Assembly (NCBI GenBank): GCA_964618315.1
Contig: CAZTWQ010000005.1
Span: forward strand, 1-63,638
Origin: an uncultured Methanosarcinales archaeon
Lineage (GTDB): Archaea; Nanobdellota; Nanobdellia; Woesearchaeales; JACPBV01
DNA length: 63,638 nucleotides
Reading direction: 5' to 3'
Shown: one piece after another, positions 51,863-59,850 of the stretch
How the letters are laid out: each line of letters starts with the position of its first letter
Numbering within the stretch: position 1 is the first letter of the stretch
Made by a program: the position numbers and the translations under genes
Notes under the pieces: model-generated
The model's input: the letters and a program-made list of their open reading frames with translations, nothing else
Database searches by the model: none
What the model was told of the DNA's origin: nothing

Positions 51863-52125
51863 TTTTAATCATTAATAATTATTTGGTGAAACTATATAAT
51901 TGATTTTTTGTGAAGTGAAAAATCATAATTTAATAGTTGAATAATGTTTAAGTGATTTGAAATGGTGTGAAAAATGCAAATTGACTTGATGTATATTACC
52001 CCTATCAAGTTTTATATTTAAATTTATTGTGTTGACTAAAAAATTTATTATAATAACGCTAGTTTTATGATAATAATACTTAATATCATTAATTTTCAGA
52101 AATATTAAAGAATAATTTCTCATCT

Positions 52126-52243
52126 TTTTGTTTGCTTCGCTCTCAAAAGTTTTTGGATGAAAATCCTAAACCTTTTGTTTGCTTCGCTCCCAAAAGTTTT
52201 TGGATGAAATTCCTAAACCGTTTTGAAATCAAAGATTTCAAAA
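52126..52243. repeat. Two tandem 47-bp repeats (52126-52172, 52173-52219), each with two hairpins, followed by a perfect 10-bp-stem hairpin (52221-52243)
   Basis: TTTTGTTTGCTTCGCTC(T/C)CAAAAGTTTTTGGATGAAA(A/T)TCCTAAACC twice, then TTTTGAAATC-AAA-GATTTCAAAA. Confidence 0.9.
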
Positions 52244-52275
52244 AGTATATAAGTAAGCTATTTTAAGTTATTTCT

Positions 52276-53046
52276 ATGAAAACTTCTGCACTTGCTTCAG
52301 GATCTTCGGGTAATTGTTTCTTTGTTGAATCTGGTAATTGTAGTTTTTTAGTTGATGCTGGTGTGAGTTGTAAGCAAATTGAGCAGAGGATGGATAAAAT
52401 TGGGAAAGATGTTAGTTATTTGAAAGGGATATTTGTTACACATGAGCATTCAGACCATATAAGGGGGGTAGATGTGCTTGCCAGGAAGTATAGCGTACCT
52501 GTGTTTGTTACAAAAGGATGTTATGAGAATTGTTCTTTGGTATCTGATGATAGCTTAGTGAACTTTATCGATAAAGATAAGGTTATGAAATTAGATAATG
52601 TTAAGGTGCTGCCTTTTTCAAAAAATCATGATGCTAGTGATCCTGTTAGTTATTCTGTTGCTTCAGGTAATAAGAAAGTGAGTTTTATGACGGATATTGG
52701 TGTTGCATGCAATAATGTGGTTAAGCATGTTAAAGATTCTAATGTTCTATTTATGGAGGCTAATCACGATATTGAGATGTTGAGTAATGGGCGATATCCT
52801 GCTTATCTAAAGAAAAGGATATTATCTGATAATGGGCATCTGTCAAATTATGCTGCTGCCTTATGCATTCTTGAACATGCTACACCTAAGTTAAAGCATA
52901 TTGTATTGAGTCATCTTTCAGAGAATAATAATACAGAAGAAATTGCGTTGAAAACCATTAAAAGTTTGATTTCGAATAGAAAAGACCTTGATTTGAAGAT
53001 CCATCTGTCTTCTAAGCATGAACCGACAGAATTGATTTCTATTTGA
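52276..53046 (+). CDS. MBL-fold metallo-hydrolase (YycJ/WalJ/PhnP-like)
   Basis: LASGSSGN, LVDAG, THEHSDH, HDA.DP, TD.G, EANHD..ML..G.YP..LK.RI.S..GHLSN, HLS.ENN; TATA (52245-52252) about 24 nt upstream. Confidence 0.92.
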   Translation: MKTSALASGSSGNCFFVESGNCSFLVDAGVSCKQIEQRMDKIGKDVSYLKGIFVTHEHSDHIRGVDVLARKYSVPVFVTKGCYENCSLVSDDSLVNFIDKDKVMKLDNVKVLPFSKNHDASDPVSYSVASGNKKVSFMTDIGVACNNVVKHVKDSNVLFMEANHDIEMLSNGRYPAYLKKRILSDNGHLSNYAAALCILEHATPKLKHIVLSHLSENNNTEEIALKTIKSLISNRKDLDLKIHLSSKHEPTELISI

Positions 53047-53671
53047 TATAGTTAGTTAATTCACCTATTTTTTCTATCTTTATTGTTATTTTGTCCCCTT
53101 TGTGCATTGGGCCTATTCCAGGGGGAGTTCCAGTTGAGATAATGTCTCCTTTGTTCAATGTCATAACATTAGAGATAAATGATACTACTTCTTCTATCTG
53201 GAATATGAAATCTGATGTGTTTGAGTCCTGAACTATCTTGTTGTTTAGTATTGATTGTATCTTTAAGTTGTTTGGGTTTTTGATCTTATTCCAGGGTACT
53301 AGTTTAGGTCCTATCGGGCAGAATGTGTCAAATGATTTTGCCCTTGTCCATTGGTTGTCAAGTTTTTGCAGGTCTCTTGCTGTTACATCGTTTAAGCAAG
53401 TAAAGCCTTGAATATGTTTTTTTACTTCTGATTTTTTTATGTTTTTGCATCTGCCTTTTATGACTAATGCTAGTTCTGCTTCATAGTCAACTCTTTTTGA
53501 TTGTTTTGGGTAAGTTATAGTGTCTTTGTTTCTGATTATTGCTGTGTTTGCCTTTAGAAATATTATTGGGTGGCGAGGGGTGTTCATGTTTAATTCTTTG
53601 GCGTGTAAATGATAGTTTAGACCTACGCAGATTATTTTAGATGGAATTTGTTTTAGAAAGGTTGGAATCAT
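53039..53671 (-). CDS. Fumarylacetoacetate hydrolase family protein
   Basis: KIICVGLNY..H, DYEAELALVI, NDVTARDLQ, W.RAKSFDTFCPIGP, GDIISTGTP.GIG. Confidence 0.93.
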   Translation of the reverse strand: MIPTFLKQIPSKIICVGLNYHLHAKELNMNTPRHPIIFLKANTAIIRNKDTITYPKQSKRVDYEAELALVIKGRCKNIKKSEVKKHIQGFTCLNDVTARDLQKLDNQWTRAKSFDTFCPIGPKLVPWNKIKNPNNLKIQSILNNKIVQDSNTSDFIFQIEEVVSFISNVMTLNKGDIISTGTPPGIGPMHKGDKITIKIEKIGELTNYIK

Positions 53672-53699
53672 TTTATAGAATAAATAATTTAATGGTATA

Positions 53700-54151
53700 A
53701 ATATTTTGCTAATAGTGAAAGGATAATAAGTTAAAATGAAGGGATAATATAAAACTAGTAATAAATATAAATAAAAGATTAATAAAAAATAAATTGATAA
53801 TAAAGAAACTACTAATGATTAAATAATAAAAGACTAATAAAAAAATGAATTAATAAAAATAAAAGAAAAAAGAATAAAAACATAATAGAAATAAGGGAAT
53901 AATAAATAATAGAAATAAAACGACTACTAATAATCAATAAATAAAGAGACTAATGATTTAATATTAATAAAAGAATAATAAAAATAATAATCAATAAAGG
54001 ATAAATAAAATAAATAATAAAGACTACTGATAAATGTTTATAAAAGAGTAATAAAGAATAAATTAATAAAAAAATTAATAAAGGATAAATAAAATAAATA
54101 ATAAAAATAAAGCCTAGAGATAATAAAAATTAATAAAAATAAAAGAAAAAA
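53700..54151. repeat. About 450-bp non-coding, extremely AT-rich, A-skewed low-complexity tract with internal repeats
   Basis: Roughly 10% GC in sampled lines; 29-bp direct repeat at 53993-54021 and 54077-54105; recurring GACTA(CTA)AT motifs. Confidence 0.85.
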
Positions 54152-55153
54152 TTATTTCTTTTCAAACAAAGCCCTGATCTCTCGTCCAACAACTTCTATT
54201 GGATGTGAACCTAGTTCTTCTCTTTTCCTTAGAAGATTTGGTTTTCCTGCTGCGTTTTCAGCAAGCCAGTCTTTTGCAAAGGTTCCGTCTTCTATTCTTT
54301 TTAGGGATTCTTTCATCTTTTCCTTTACTTCTGGACCTATGATCTTTGGACCATTGTAGTATTCTCCGAATTCTGCAGTATTTGAGATAACTGCATTCAT
54401 CTTTTGGATGCCACCTTCAAAAATTAAATCTACGATTAGTTTTAATTCATGCAAGCATTCAAAATATGCCATTTCTGGAGGATAACCTGCTTCTGTTAGT
54501 GTTTCAAAACCATATTTGATTATATCAACACATCCACCGCATAGAACGTTTTGTTCTCCAAAAAGATCTTCATATGTTTCTTGTTCAAATGTGCATTCTA
54601 AAACACCTGCTTTTGTGAAATGCATTGCTTTTGCCATTGCTAAAGCGATGTTTCTTGCATTTCCTGAAGCGTCTTTTCCGACAGCAACCAGACCTGGAAC
54701 TCCGAATCCTGCTTTGTAAGCTTTTAATTCCTCTGTTGCTGGTGCTTTTGGAGCTACCATTATAACATCAACACCTTCTGGGGGTGTGATCTGTTTGTAA
54801 ACTATGTTAAATCCATGGCTGCATGACAGTACTTTTCCTTCTTTCATGTGCTGTTCGATCTGTTCTTTGTAAACAGGGCCGTGAAATTCGTCTGGAAGAA
54901 GCATATGAATTATGTCTGCCTTTTGGGCTGCATCAGATATTGTCATAACATCAAAACCATCTTCTTTTGCTTTGTTCCATGATGGATTAGGTTTGTCACC
55001 TAAATTTTCTGTTTCTCCAATTATAACATTTACGCCTGATTCTTTCATCATTATTGCTTGTGCGCTTCCCTGACTGCCGTATCCTACAACAGCCACTGTT
55101 TTTCCTTCTAATGCAGCAATATCTGCATCCTTATCGTGTAATAAATTTACCAT
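54152..55153 (-). CDS. ilvC: Ketol-acid reductoisomerase
   Basis: VAVVGYGSQG.AQA, LLPDE, HGFNI, MVAPKAP, DLFGEQ.VLCGG, AYFECLHELKLIVDL, SNTAEFG. Confidence 0.96.
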   Translation of the reverse strand: MVNLLHDKDADIAALEGKTVAVVGYGSQGSAQAIMMKESGVNVIIGETENLGDKPNPSWNKAKEDGFDVMTISDAAQKADIIHMLLPDEFHGPVYKEQIEQHMKEGKVLSCSHGFNIVYKQITPPEGVDVIMVAPKAPATEELKAYKAGFGVPGLVAVGKDASGNARNIALAMAKAMHFTKAGVLECTFEQETYEDLFGEQNVLCGGCVDIIKYGFETLTEAGYPPEMAYFECLHELKLIVDLIFEGGIQKMNAVISNTAEFGEYYNGPKIIGPEVKEKMKESLKRIEDGTFAKDWLAENAAGKPNLLRKREELGSHPIEVVGREIRALFEKK

Positions 55154-55187
55154 TTTTTTCTTGCCTCCATACTTTGTTTGTTAATAT

Positions 55188-55478
55188 TTACATAAGCTTT
55201 TGCAAAGCTTGTTTTCCAGTCATTGTTTCATCAATTCCAAGTTCTTTTGCTTTGCTGCTTACTAATTTTATTGTTGCTGTCAACATATCATCAAAGCTAT
55301 TTACCCCTGTCACTATAGCTAATGCGTCGCCTAGTTTGTCTGCTGTTTCTGTGCTAAAATAACCACAACCAAGCATGCCTTTTTTTGCTTTGATCAAAAG
55401 TACTATTGAATTTTCTGTCTTTACAGAAACTACATCCAGTTCGTTTCCATCTAGGTTTATTTTTCCTGCTTCTATCAT
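55188..55478 (-). CDS. YunC/DUF1805 family protein
   Basis: LLIKA.KG.LGCGYF...A.KLGDA.AIVTGV.SF.DML.A.I..VS..A..LGI...MTG..AL; ATG 55478 sits just after the leuB stop. Confidence 0.75.
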   Translation of the reverse strand: MIEAGKINLDGNELDVVSVKTENSIVLLIKAKKGMLGCGYFSTETADKLGDALAIVTGVNSFDDMLTATIKLVSSKAKELGIDETMTGKQALQKLM

Positions 55479-55479
55479 T

Positions 55480-56604
55480 TTATTGTAGTTTAGCTTTAAC
55501 TGCATCGCCCATATCTGAGCAGGTATTTGTTCCCCCTAGATCTTTTGTTTTTATTTTCCCTTCTTTTAATACTTCTTGGATAGCATCCACTATTTGGTTG
55601 TGAGCGTTAGCTTCTCCGATTTCATCTAACATCATTGCTCCTGCCCAAATAGTTGCTAAAGGGTTTGCCCTGTTCATACCCTTGTATTTTGGAGCAGAAC
55701 CATGGATAGGTTCAAACATACTGATTCCAGCTGGATTGATGTTTCCGCCTGGTGCTAAGCCTAAACCTCCCTGGATCATCGCTCCAAGGTCTGTTATTAT
55801 GTCACCAAACATATTTGGTGTTGTAACTACTTTAAACCATTCTGGGTTTTTGACAAACCACATAGTTATAGCGTCAACAAACATATATTCTGGCTTGATT
55901 TTTGGATAAGATTTTCCTATTTCTACTACTCGCTCTCTCCAGAAACTATAGATGTCTGACAATACATTTGCTTTGTCTACAAAATAGGCTGTATCTGTAT
56001 TTTGTTTTTTTGCCAGTTCAAATCCATATTTTATTACACGATCTGCACCGTTCTTGCTCATAACACCTATCTGATATGCTATTTCATCAGAATTTTCTAT
56101 ATCCAGATTGAATTTTACATTCCACATATCCCTTACAACTTCTAATGATTGTTTGGTGTTTCCAGGTTGAGCTCTATTGCCTATGCCAACATAGAAATCT
56201 TCTGTGTTTTCCCTTACTACTGTAAAATCTATGTCTTTTGAAGTTTTGCCTTTTAATGGACAATCTACGCCTTCAAGTAGTTTTATAGGTCTTAAGTTTA
56301 CGAACTGATCAAAATAGAATCTTGTTTTTAATAGGATTCCTTTTTCTAAGATTCCTGGCTTGCATCTTGGGTCGCCTAAAGCACCTAAGTAGATTGATTT
56401 GCAAGTATCTTTTATTTCCTTTAGTGTTTCTTCGGTTATTAATTCCCCTGTTTTAAGGTATTTTTCTGCTCCGTTGTCATATTCTGTCCAGTCAATATTA
56501 AAATTGTTTAATTCTGCTGCTTTTTCTATTACTTTAACTCCCTCTGCTACTATCTCAGGCCCTATTCCATCACCGGGCATCTTTGCAATCTTATATGTTG
56601 TCAT
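55480..56604 (-). CDS. leuB: 3-isopropylmalate dehydrogenase (isocitrate/isopropylmalate/tartrate dehydrogenase family)
   Basis: [50 protein letters not shown]; lies in an operon with leuCD. Confidence 0.85.
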   Translation of the reverse strand: MTTYKIAKMPGDGIGPEIVAEGVKVIEKAAELNNFNIDWTEYDNGAEKYLKTGELITEETLKEIKDTCKSIYLGALGDPRCKPGILEKGILLKTRFYFDQFVNLRPIKLLEGVDCPLKGKTSKDIDFTVVRENTEDFYVGIGNRAQPGNTKQSLEVVRDMWNVKFNLDIENSDEIAYQIGVMSKNGADRVIKYGFELAKKQNTDTAYFVDKANVLSDIYSFWRERVVEIGKSYPKIKPEYMFVDAITMWFVKNPEWFKVVTTPNMFGDIITDLGAMIQGGLGLAPGGNINPAGISMFEPIHGSAPKYKGMNRANPLATIWAGAMMLDEIGEANAHNQIVDAIQEVLKEGKIKTKDLGGTNTCSDMGDAVKAKLQ

Positions 56605-56623
56605 TTTCTAACCTCGCCTATTT

Positions 56624-56836
56624 TTATTTACTCCTGTTTAGATCATGTAGATGTTCATGTACCTCTTGAAGGTGCTTATCCAATAATCCCGTATGGTTGT
56701 CTAACCTACATATATGATCATCAAGCTTTTCTGTATGGTCATCCATGACCTTCATGTGCTTTACCATCTTAAATAAAACTACAAGCTCTACTGCAATCAA
56801 TACAAGCTCTACATATAATACTATATCTTCAAACAT
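56624..56836 (-). CDS. Small membrane-anchored His-heptad coiled-coil protein
   Basis: 70 aa from ATG 56836, overlapping the leuD stop; N-terminal hydrophobic helix, then heptads with His at every d position. Confidence 0.7.
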   Translation of the reverse strand: MFEDIVLYVELVLIAVELVVLFKMVKHMKVMDDHTEKLDDHICRLDNHTGLLDKHLQEVHEHLHDLNRSK

Positions 56837-57341
56837 TGTCAGCCACAATACCCTTATTTTCCTTTATGTAGTTGAGCAGGCCTTTTGAACCTATAAGCTT
56901 CAATGCAAATTCTGACAGAGGTACAAAGGAATAAGATTCATCTTTTGTTATATTCAGGATTTTGCCCTTTTTTAGGTCTATCTCTAATTCGTCGTTGTTT
57001 CCTACTTTATCTGCTATATCTTTACATTCTATTGCCAAAAAACCATTGTTTATCGCATTTCTGTAGAATATCCTTGCAAAGCTATTTGCTATTACTGCTT
57101 TTACACCAGAACCCCTTAATGCCCAGATAGCATGTTCTCTAGATGAACCACATCCAAAATTCTCTTTCGCTACTATGAAGTCTCCTTTTTCTACTTTTTT
57201 TACAAACTCTGTATCTAAGTCTTCCATTGCGTGTTTTGCAAGTTCTTCTTCTTTATCGCTAGTCAAGTATCTAGCTGGAATGATCTCATCTGTATTTATG
57301 TCGTCTTTTTTGTAGACGTGTGCTTTTCCTGTAAGTTTCAT
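56829..57341 (-). CDS. leuD: 3-isopropylmalate dehydratase small subunit
   Basis: [38 protein letters not shown]. Confidence 0.95.
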   Translation of the reverse strand: MKLTGKAHVYKKDDINTDEIIPARYLTSDKEEELAKHAMEDLDTEFVKKVEKGDFIVAKENFGCGSSREHAIWALRGSGVKAVIANSFARIFYRNAINNGFLAIECKDIADKVGNNDELEIDLKKGKILNITKDESYSFVPLSEFALKLIGSKGLLNYIKENKGIVADNV

Positions 57342-58612
57342 TTTAAATATCTCCTTGGATCTGCAATCTTTCCTTCTATAGCTGAAGCTGCTACAATTGC
57401 AGGGCTAGCTAAGTAAACTTTAGACTTGGGAGAGCCCATCCTTCCAACAAAGTTTCTATTTGTTGAAGTAATGCATTTTTCTCCTTCTGCCAATATACCC
57501 ATGTGACCTCCTAAGCATGCACCGCATGTAGGTGTTGAGATTGTTGCTCCTGCTTTTGTGAATATATCAAATAGGCCTTCTTTCATCGCCTGGTTCCATA
57601 TATCTGTTGTTGCAGGTACGACTATCATCCTTGTTCCTTCTTTGACTTTATTTCCTTTTAATATCTCTGCAGCTATCCTCAAATCTTCAATTCTTCCATT
57701 AGTACAGCTACCTAAATAAGCTTGATCTACATTTATGTCTTCCATCTTTTCAATTTCTGACATTGTCTTTCCGTTTGATGGGAGATCTGGAAAAGCTACA
57801 ATAGGTTCAAGTTTTGAAGCATCATATTCTTTTGTTTCTATGTAATTTGCATCTTCATCTGATCTTATGACTTCAAATTTCTCTTTAGATCTGGATTTAA
57901 CATATTCCAATGTTTTTTCGTCTGGTTCTATGATTCCAGATTTACCACCAGCTTCAATTGCCATATTAGTTATAGTCATTCTTGCCTCTACAGATAAGTC
58001 AGATATTGTTGAACCTGTAAACTCCATTGCCTTGTACAAAGCTCCGTCTACACCTATATCTCTGATAATTGTCAATATTATATCTTTTGAGTAAACGCCT
58101 TTTGGCAATTTTCCATCGATTACAAATTTGATTGTTTCAGGTACTTTAAACCATAGTTCTCCCGTTGCTAATGTAGCTGCGATGTCTGTTGAACCTACAC
58201 CTGTTGAGAAAGCACCTAATGCTCCGTGGGTGCATGTATGTGAGTCGCCAGCAACTATTGTCGTTCCAGGGATAACATGGCCTTGTTCTGGCAATATTGC
58301 ATGACATACTCCGTGCCTGCCTATGTCGTAGAAATTCTTTATTTTGTGTTTTTTTGCCCATCTTCTGATTCTTGCTACCATCTCTGCAGATTTGATGTCT
58401 TTATTAGGAACAAAATGATCTGGAGTTATAACTACCTTGTCTGGATCGAAAACTTTGTCCATGCCTGCTTTTTCTAACATATCTATTGCAGGGGTTGTTG
58501 TTACGTCGTGGCACATGACAAGATCTATCTTAGCGTTGATTAATTCACCTGGTTTTACAGATTCTTTTCCTGCATGTTTTGCCAGGATCTTTTCAGTTAT
58601 AGTCATTCCCAT
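57338..58612 (-). CDS. leuC: 3-isopropylmalate dehydratase large subunit (short archaeal/HacA type)
   Basis: DSHTCT.GA.GA...[41 protein letters not shown]. Confidence 0.95.
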   Translation of the reverse strand: MGMTITEKILAKHAGKESVKPGELINAKIDLVMCHDVTTTPAIDMLEKAGMDKVFDPDKVVITPDHFVPNKDIKSAEMVARIRRWAKKHKIKNFYDIGRHGVCHAILPEQGHVIPGTTIVAGDSHTCTHGALGAFSTGVGSTDIAATLATGELWFKVPETIKFVIDGKLPKGVYSKDIILTIIRDIGVDGALYKAMEFTGSTISDLSVEARMTITNMAIEAGGKSGIIEPDEKTLEYVKSRSKEKFEVIRSDEDANYIETKEYDASKLEPIVAFPDLPSNGKTMSEIEKMEDINVDQAYLGSCTNGRIEDLRIAAEILKGNKVKEGTRMIVVPATTDIWNQAMKEGLFDIFTKAGATISTPTCGACLGGHMGILAEGEKCITSTNRNFVGRMGSPKSKVYLASPAIVAASAIEGKIADPRRYLK

Positions 58613-58653
58613 CTTTTTACCTCAATTATATTAGAATATAGAAGAAAACAGCC

Positions 58654-58688
58654 TTATATAAATATATGTTGTACCTTTAGAGTACAAC
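58654..58688. promoter_or_regulatory. Divergent leuC/TrmB promoter: shared TTATATAAATATAT TATA element plus palindrome GTTGTAC-N7-GTACAAC (58668-58688)
   Basis: Perfect 7-bp inverted repeat beside a TATA element readable in both directions. Confidence 0.6.
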
Positions 58689-58728
58689 TATAGAAAGATT
58701 AATAAACAAGATGGTCAATACAACATAG

Positions 58729-59460
58729 ATGGTTGAATCATTATTGCATAAAGCAGGGTTAACTGAGAATGAATCAAAGATATATTTATTGCTTCTTGAA
58801 ACAGGAGAAGCAATTGCATCTGAAATAGCCAAGAAAACAGAAATATCTAGGCCACATGTCTATGATTCTATAAATAGATTGATGGACAAAGGTCTTGTCT
58901 CTTATGTAATAAAAAATAATAAACGCTACTTTAAATCTGCAAATCCAAAAGAACTAATAAACTATCTAGAAGAAGAAAAAGATAAGATAAATGACAAACA
59001 AAAAGAAATAAAACAGATCATACCTACACTTTTAAAGATCAGAAAAGAAAAGAAGACAGAGACATCTATGGAAGTTTATGAAGGAAAAGAAGGGTTAAAG
59101 ACAGTTCTTATGGATATTGTCAATTACGGAAATGATTTTGTCGCTTTTGGAGCTACGCATAAGTTTGAAGAGGTTTTACCTATATTTTCAAAGATCTTTG
59201 TGAAAAGAAGGGAACGAAAAAACATACATGGTAAAATTATAGTGTGCAAGGGAGAAAATCCAATCGAAACAAAACTGAATCATTATAAATGGATACCTGA
59301 AGAATATTCACTGCCTAGTTCTACAATAGTATATGGAGACAAAACTGCAACAATAATCTGGTCAGGTGCACCATTAGGGATAATAATCAACAGTAAAGAA
59401 GTCGCTGATTCTTATAAATCGTATTTTAAGCTACTCTGGAAGATTGGAAAAAAGAAATAA
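58729..59460 (+). CDS. TrmB family transcriptional regulator
   Basis: GLTENE.KIYL.LL..G...ASEIAK...I.R..VYD....L..KGLV HTH, plus C-terminal effector domain (YEG.EG.K.V). Confidence 0.9.
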   Translation: MVESLLHKAGLTENESKIYLLLLETGEAIASEIAKKTEISRPHVYDSINRLMDKGLVSYVIKNNKRYFKSANPKELINYLEEEKDKINDKQKEIKQIIPTLLKIRKEKKTETSMEVYEGKEGLKTVLMDIVNYGNDFVAFGATHKFEEVLPIFSKIFVKRRERKNIHGKIIVCKGENPIETKLNHYKWIPEEYSLPSSTIVYGDKTATIIWSGAPLGIIINSKEVADSYKSYFKLLWKIGKKK

Positions 59461-59627
59461 TTTGTTACTTACTCAATTACTGTAAGCTTAAGGTATATTC
59501 TTAAAAAACAGATCAATAATATTATTCCTTAATGGGATTTGTAATATTGAGTGAATCTTAGTGTTCTTGTAAATAAAATGAGGTTTTTAATTCTGAAATT
59601 TGATCTATGTATCTATGGCTTTGAAAT

Positions 59628-59690
59628 AAGAAGATTTATATATAATTAGTACTAATATAGTAAATATATAGTATTTAATTAGTACTAATC
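59628..59690 (+). promoter_or_regulatory. BRE/TATA promoter (TTTATATA, 59635-59642) followed by four phased 11-bp TAGTA repeats that include two ATTAGTACTAAT palindromes
   Basis: TAGTA at 59647, 59658, 59669 and 59680; palindromes at 59645-59656 and 59678-59689. Confidence 0.75.
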
Positions 59691-59697
59691 GATATAT

Positions 59698-59850
59698 ATG
59701 GTAAAAGTAGTTGTAAATAATGGACAGTATAAGATAACTATTCCGAAAGATATAGCGGAAGCTCACGGTTGGAGTTCTAAAACAAGATTAAGATTTGTAG
59801 AGGATAGTGAGGGGAATATAACACTAAAAGAGCTTAAAATTAAAAAATGA
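59698..59850 (+). CDS. AbrB/MazE/SpoVT-like swapped-hairpin DNA-binding protein (50 aa; not in the ORF track)
   Basis: MVKVVVNNGQYKITIPKDIAEAHGWSSKTRLRFVEDSEGNITLKELKIKK matches the GQ-x-x-I-T-I-P-K-x-I-x-x-x-x-G...L-x-F...I-x-L pattern; its stop overlaps the next ATG (ATGA). Confidence 0.8.
   Translation: MVKVVVNNGQYKITIPKDIAEAHGWSSKTRLRFVEDSEGNITLKELKIKK

Noticed and set aside
51923-52123. 66-aa minus-strand ORF
   Set aside because: No SD, AT-rich intergenic-like composition and no motif; probably spurious, though a remnant cannot be excluded.
52126-52219. 47-bp repeats as a CRISPR array
   Set aside because: Only two directly abutting copies, no spacers and no cas genes.
59466-59555. Imperfect inverted repeat downstream of TrmB
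   Set aside because: About 12 bp with bulges in AT-rich sequence; not distinguishable from chance.
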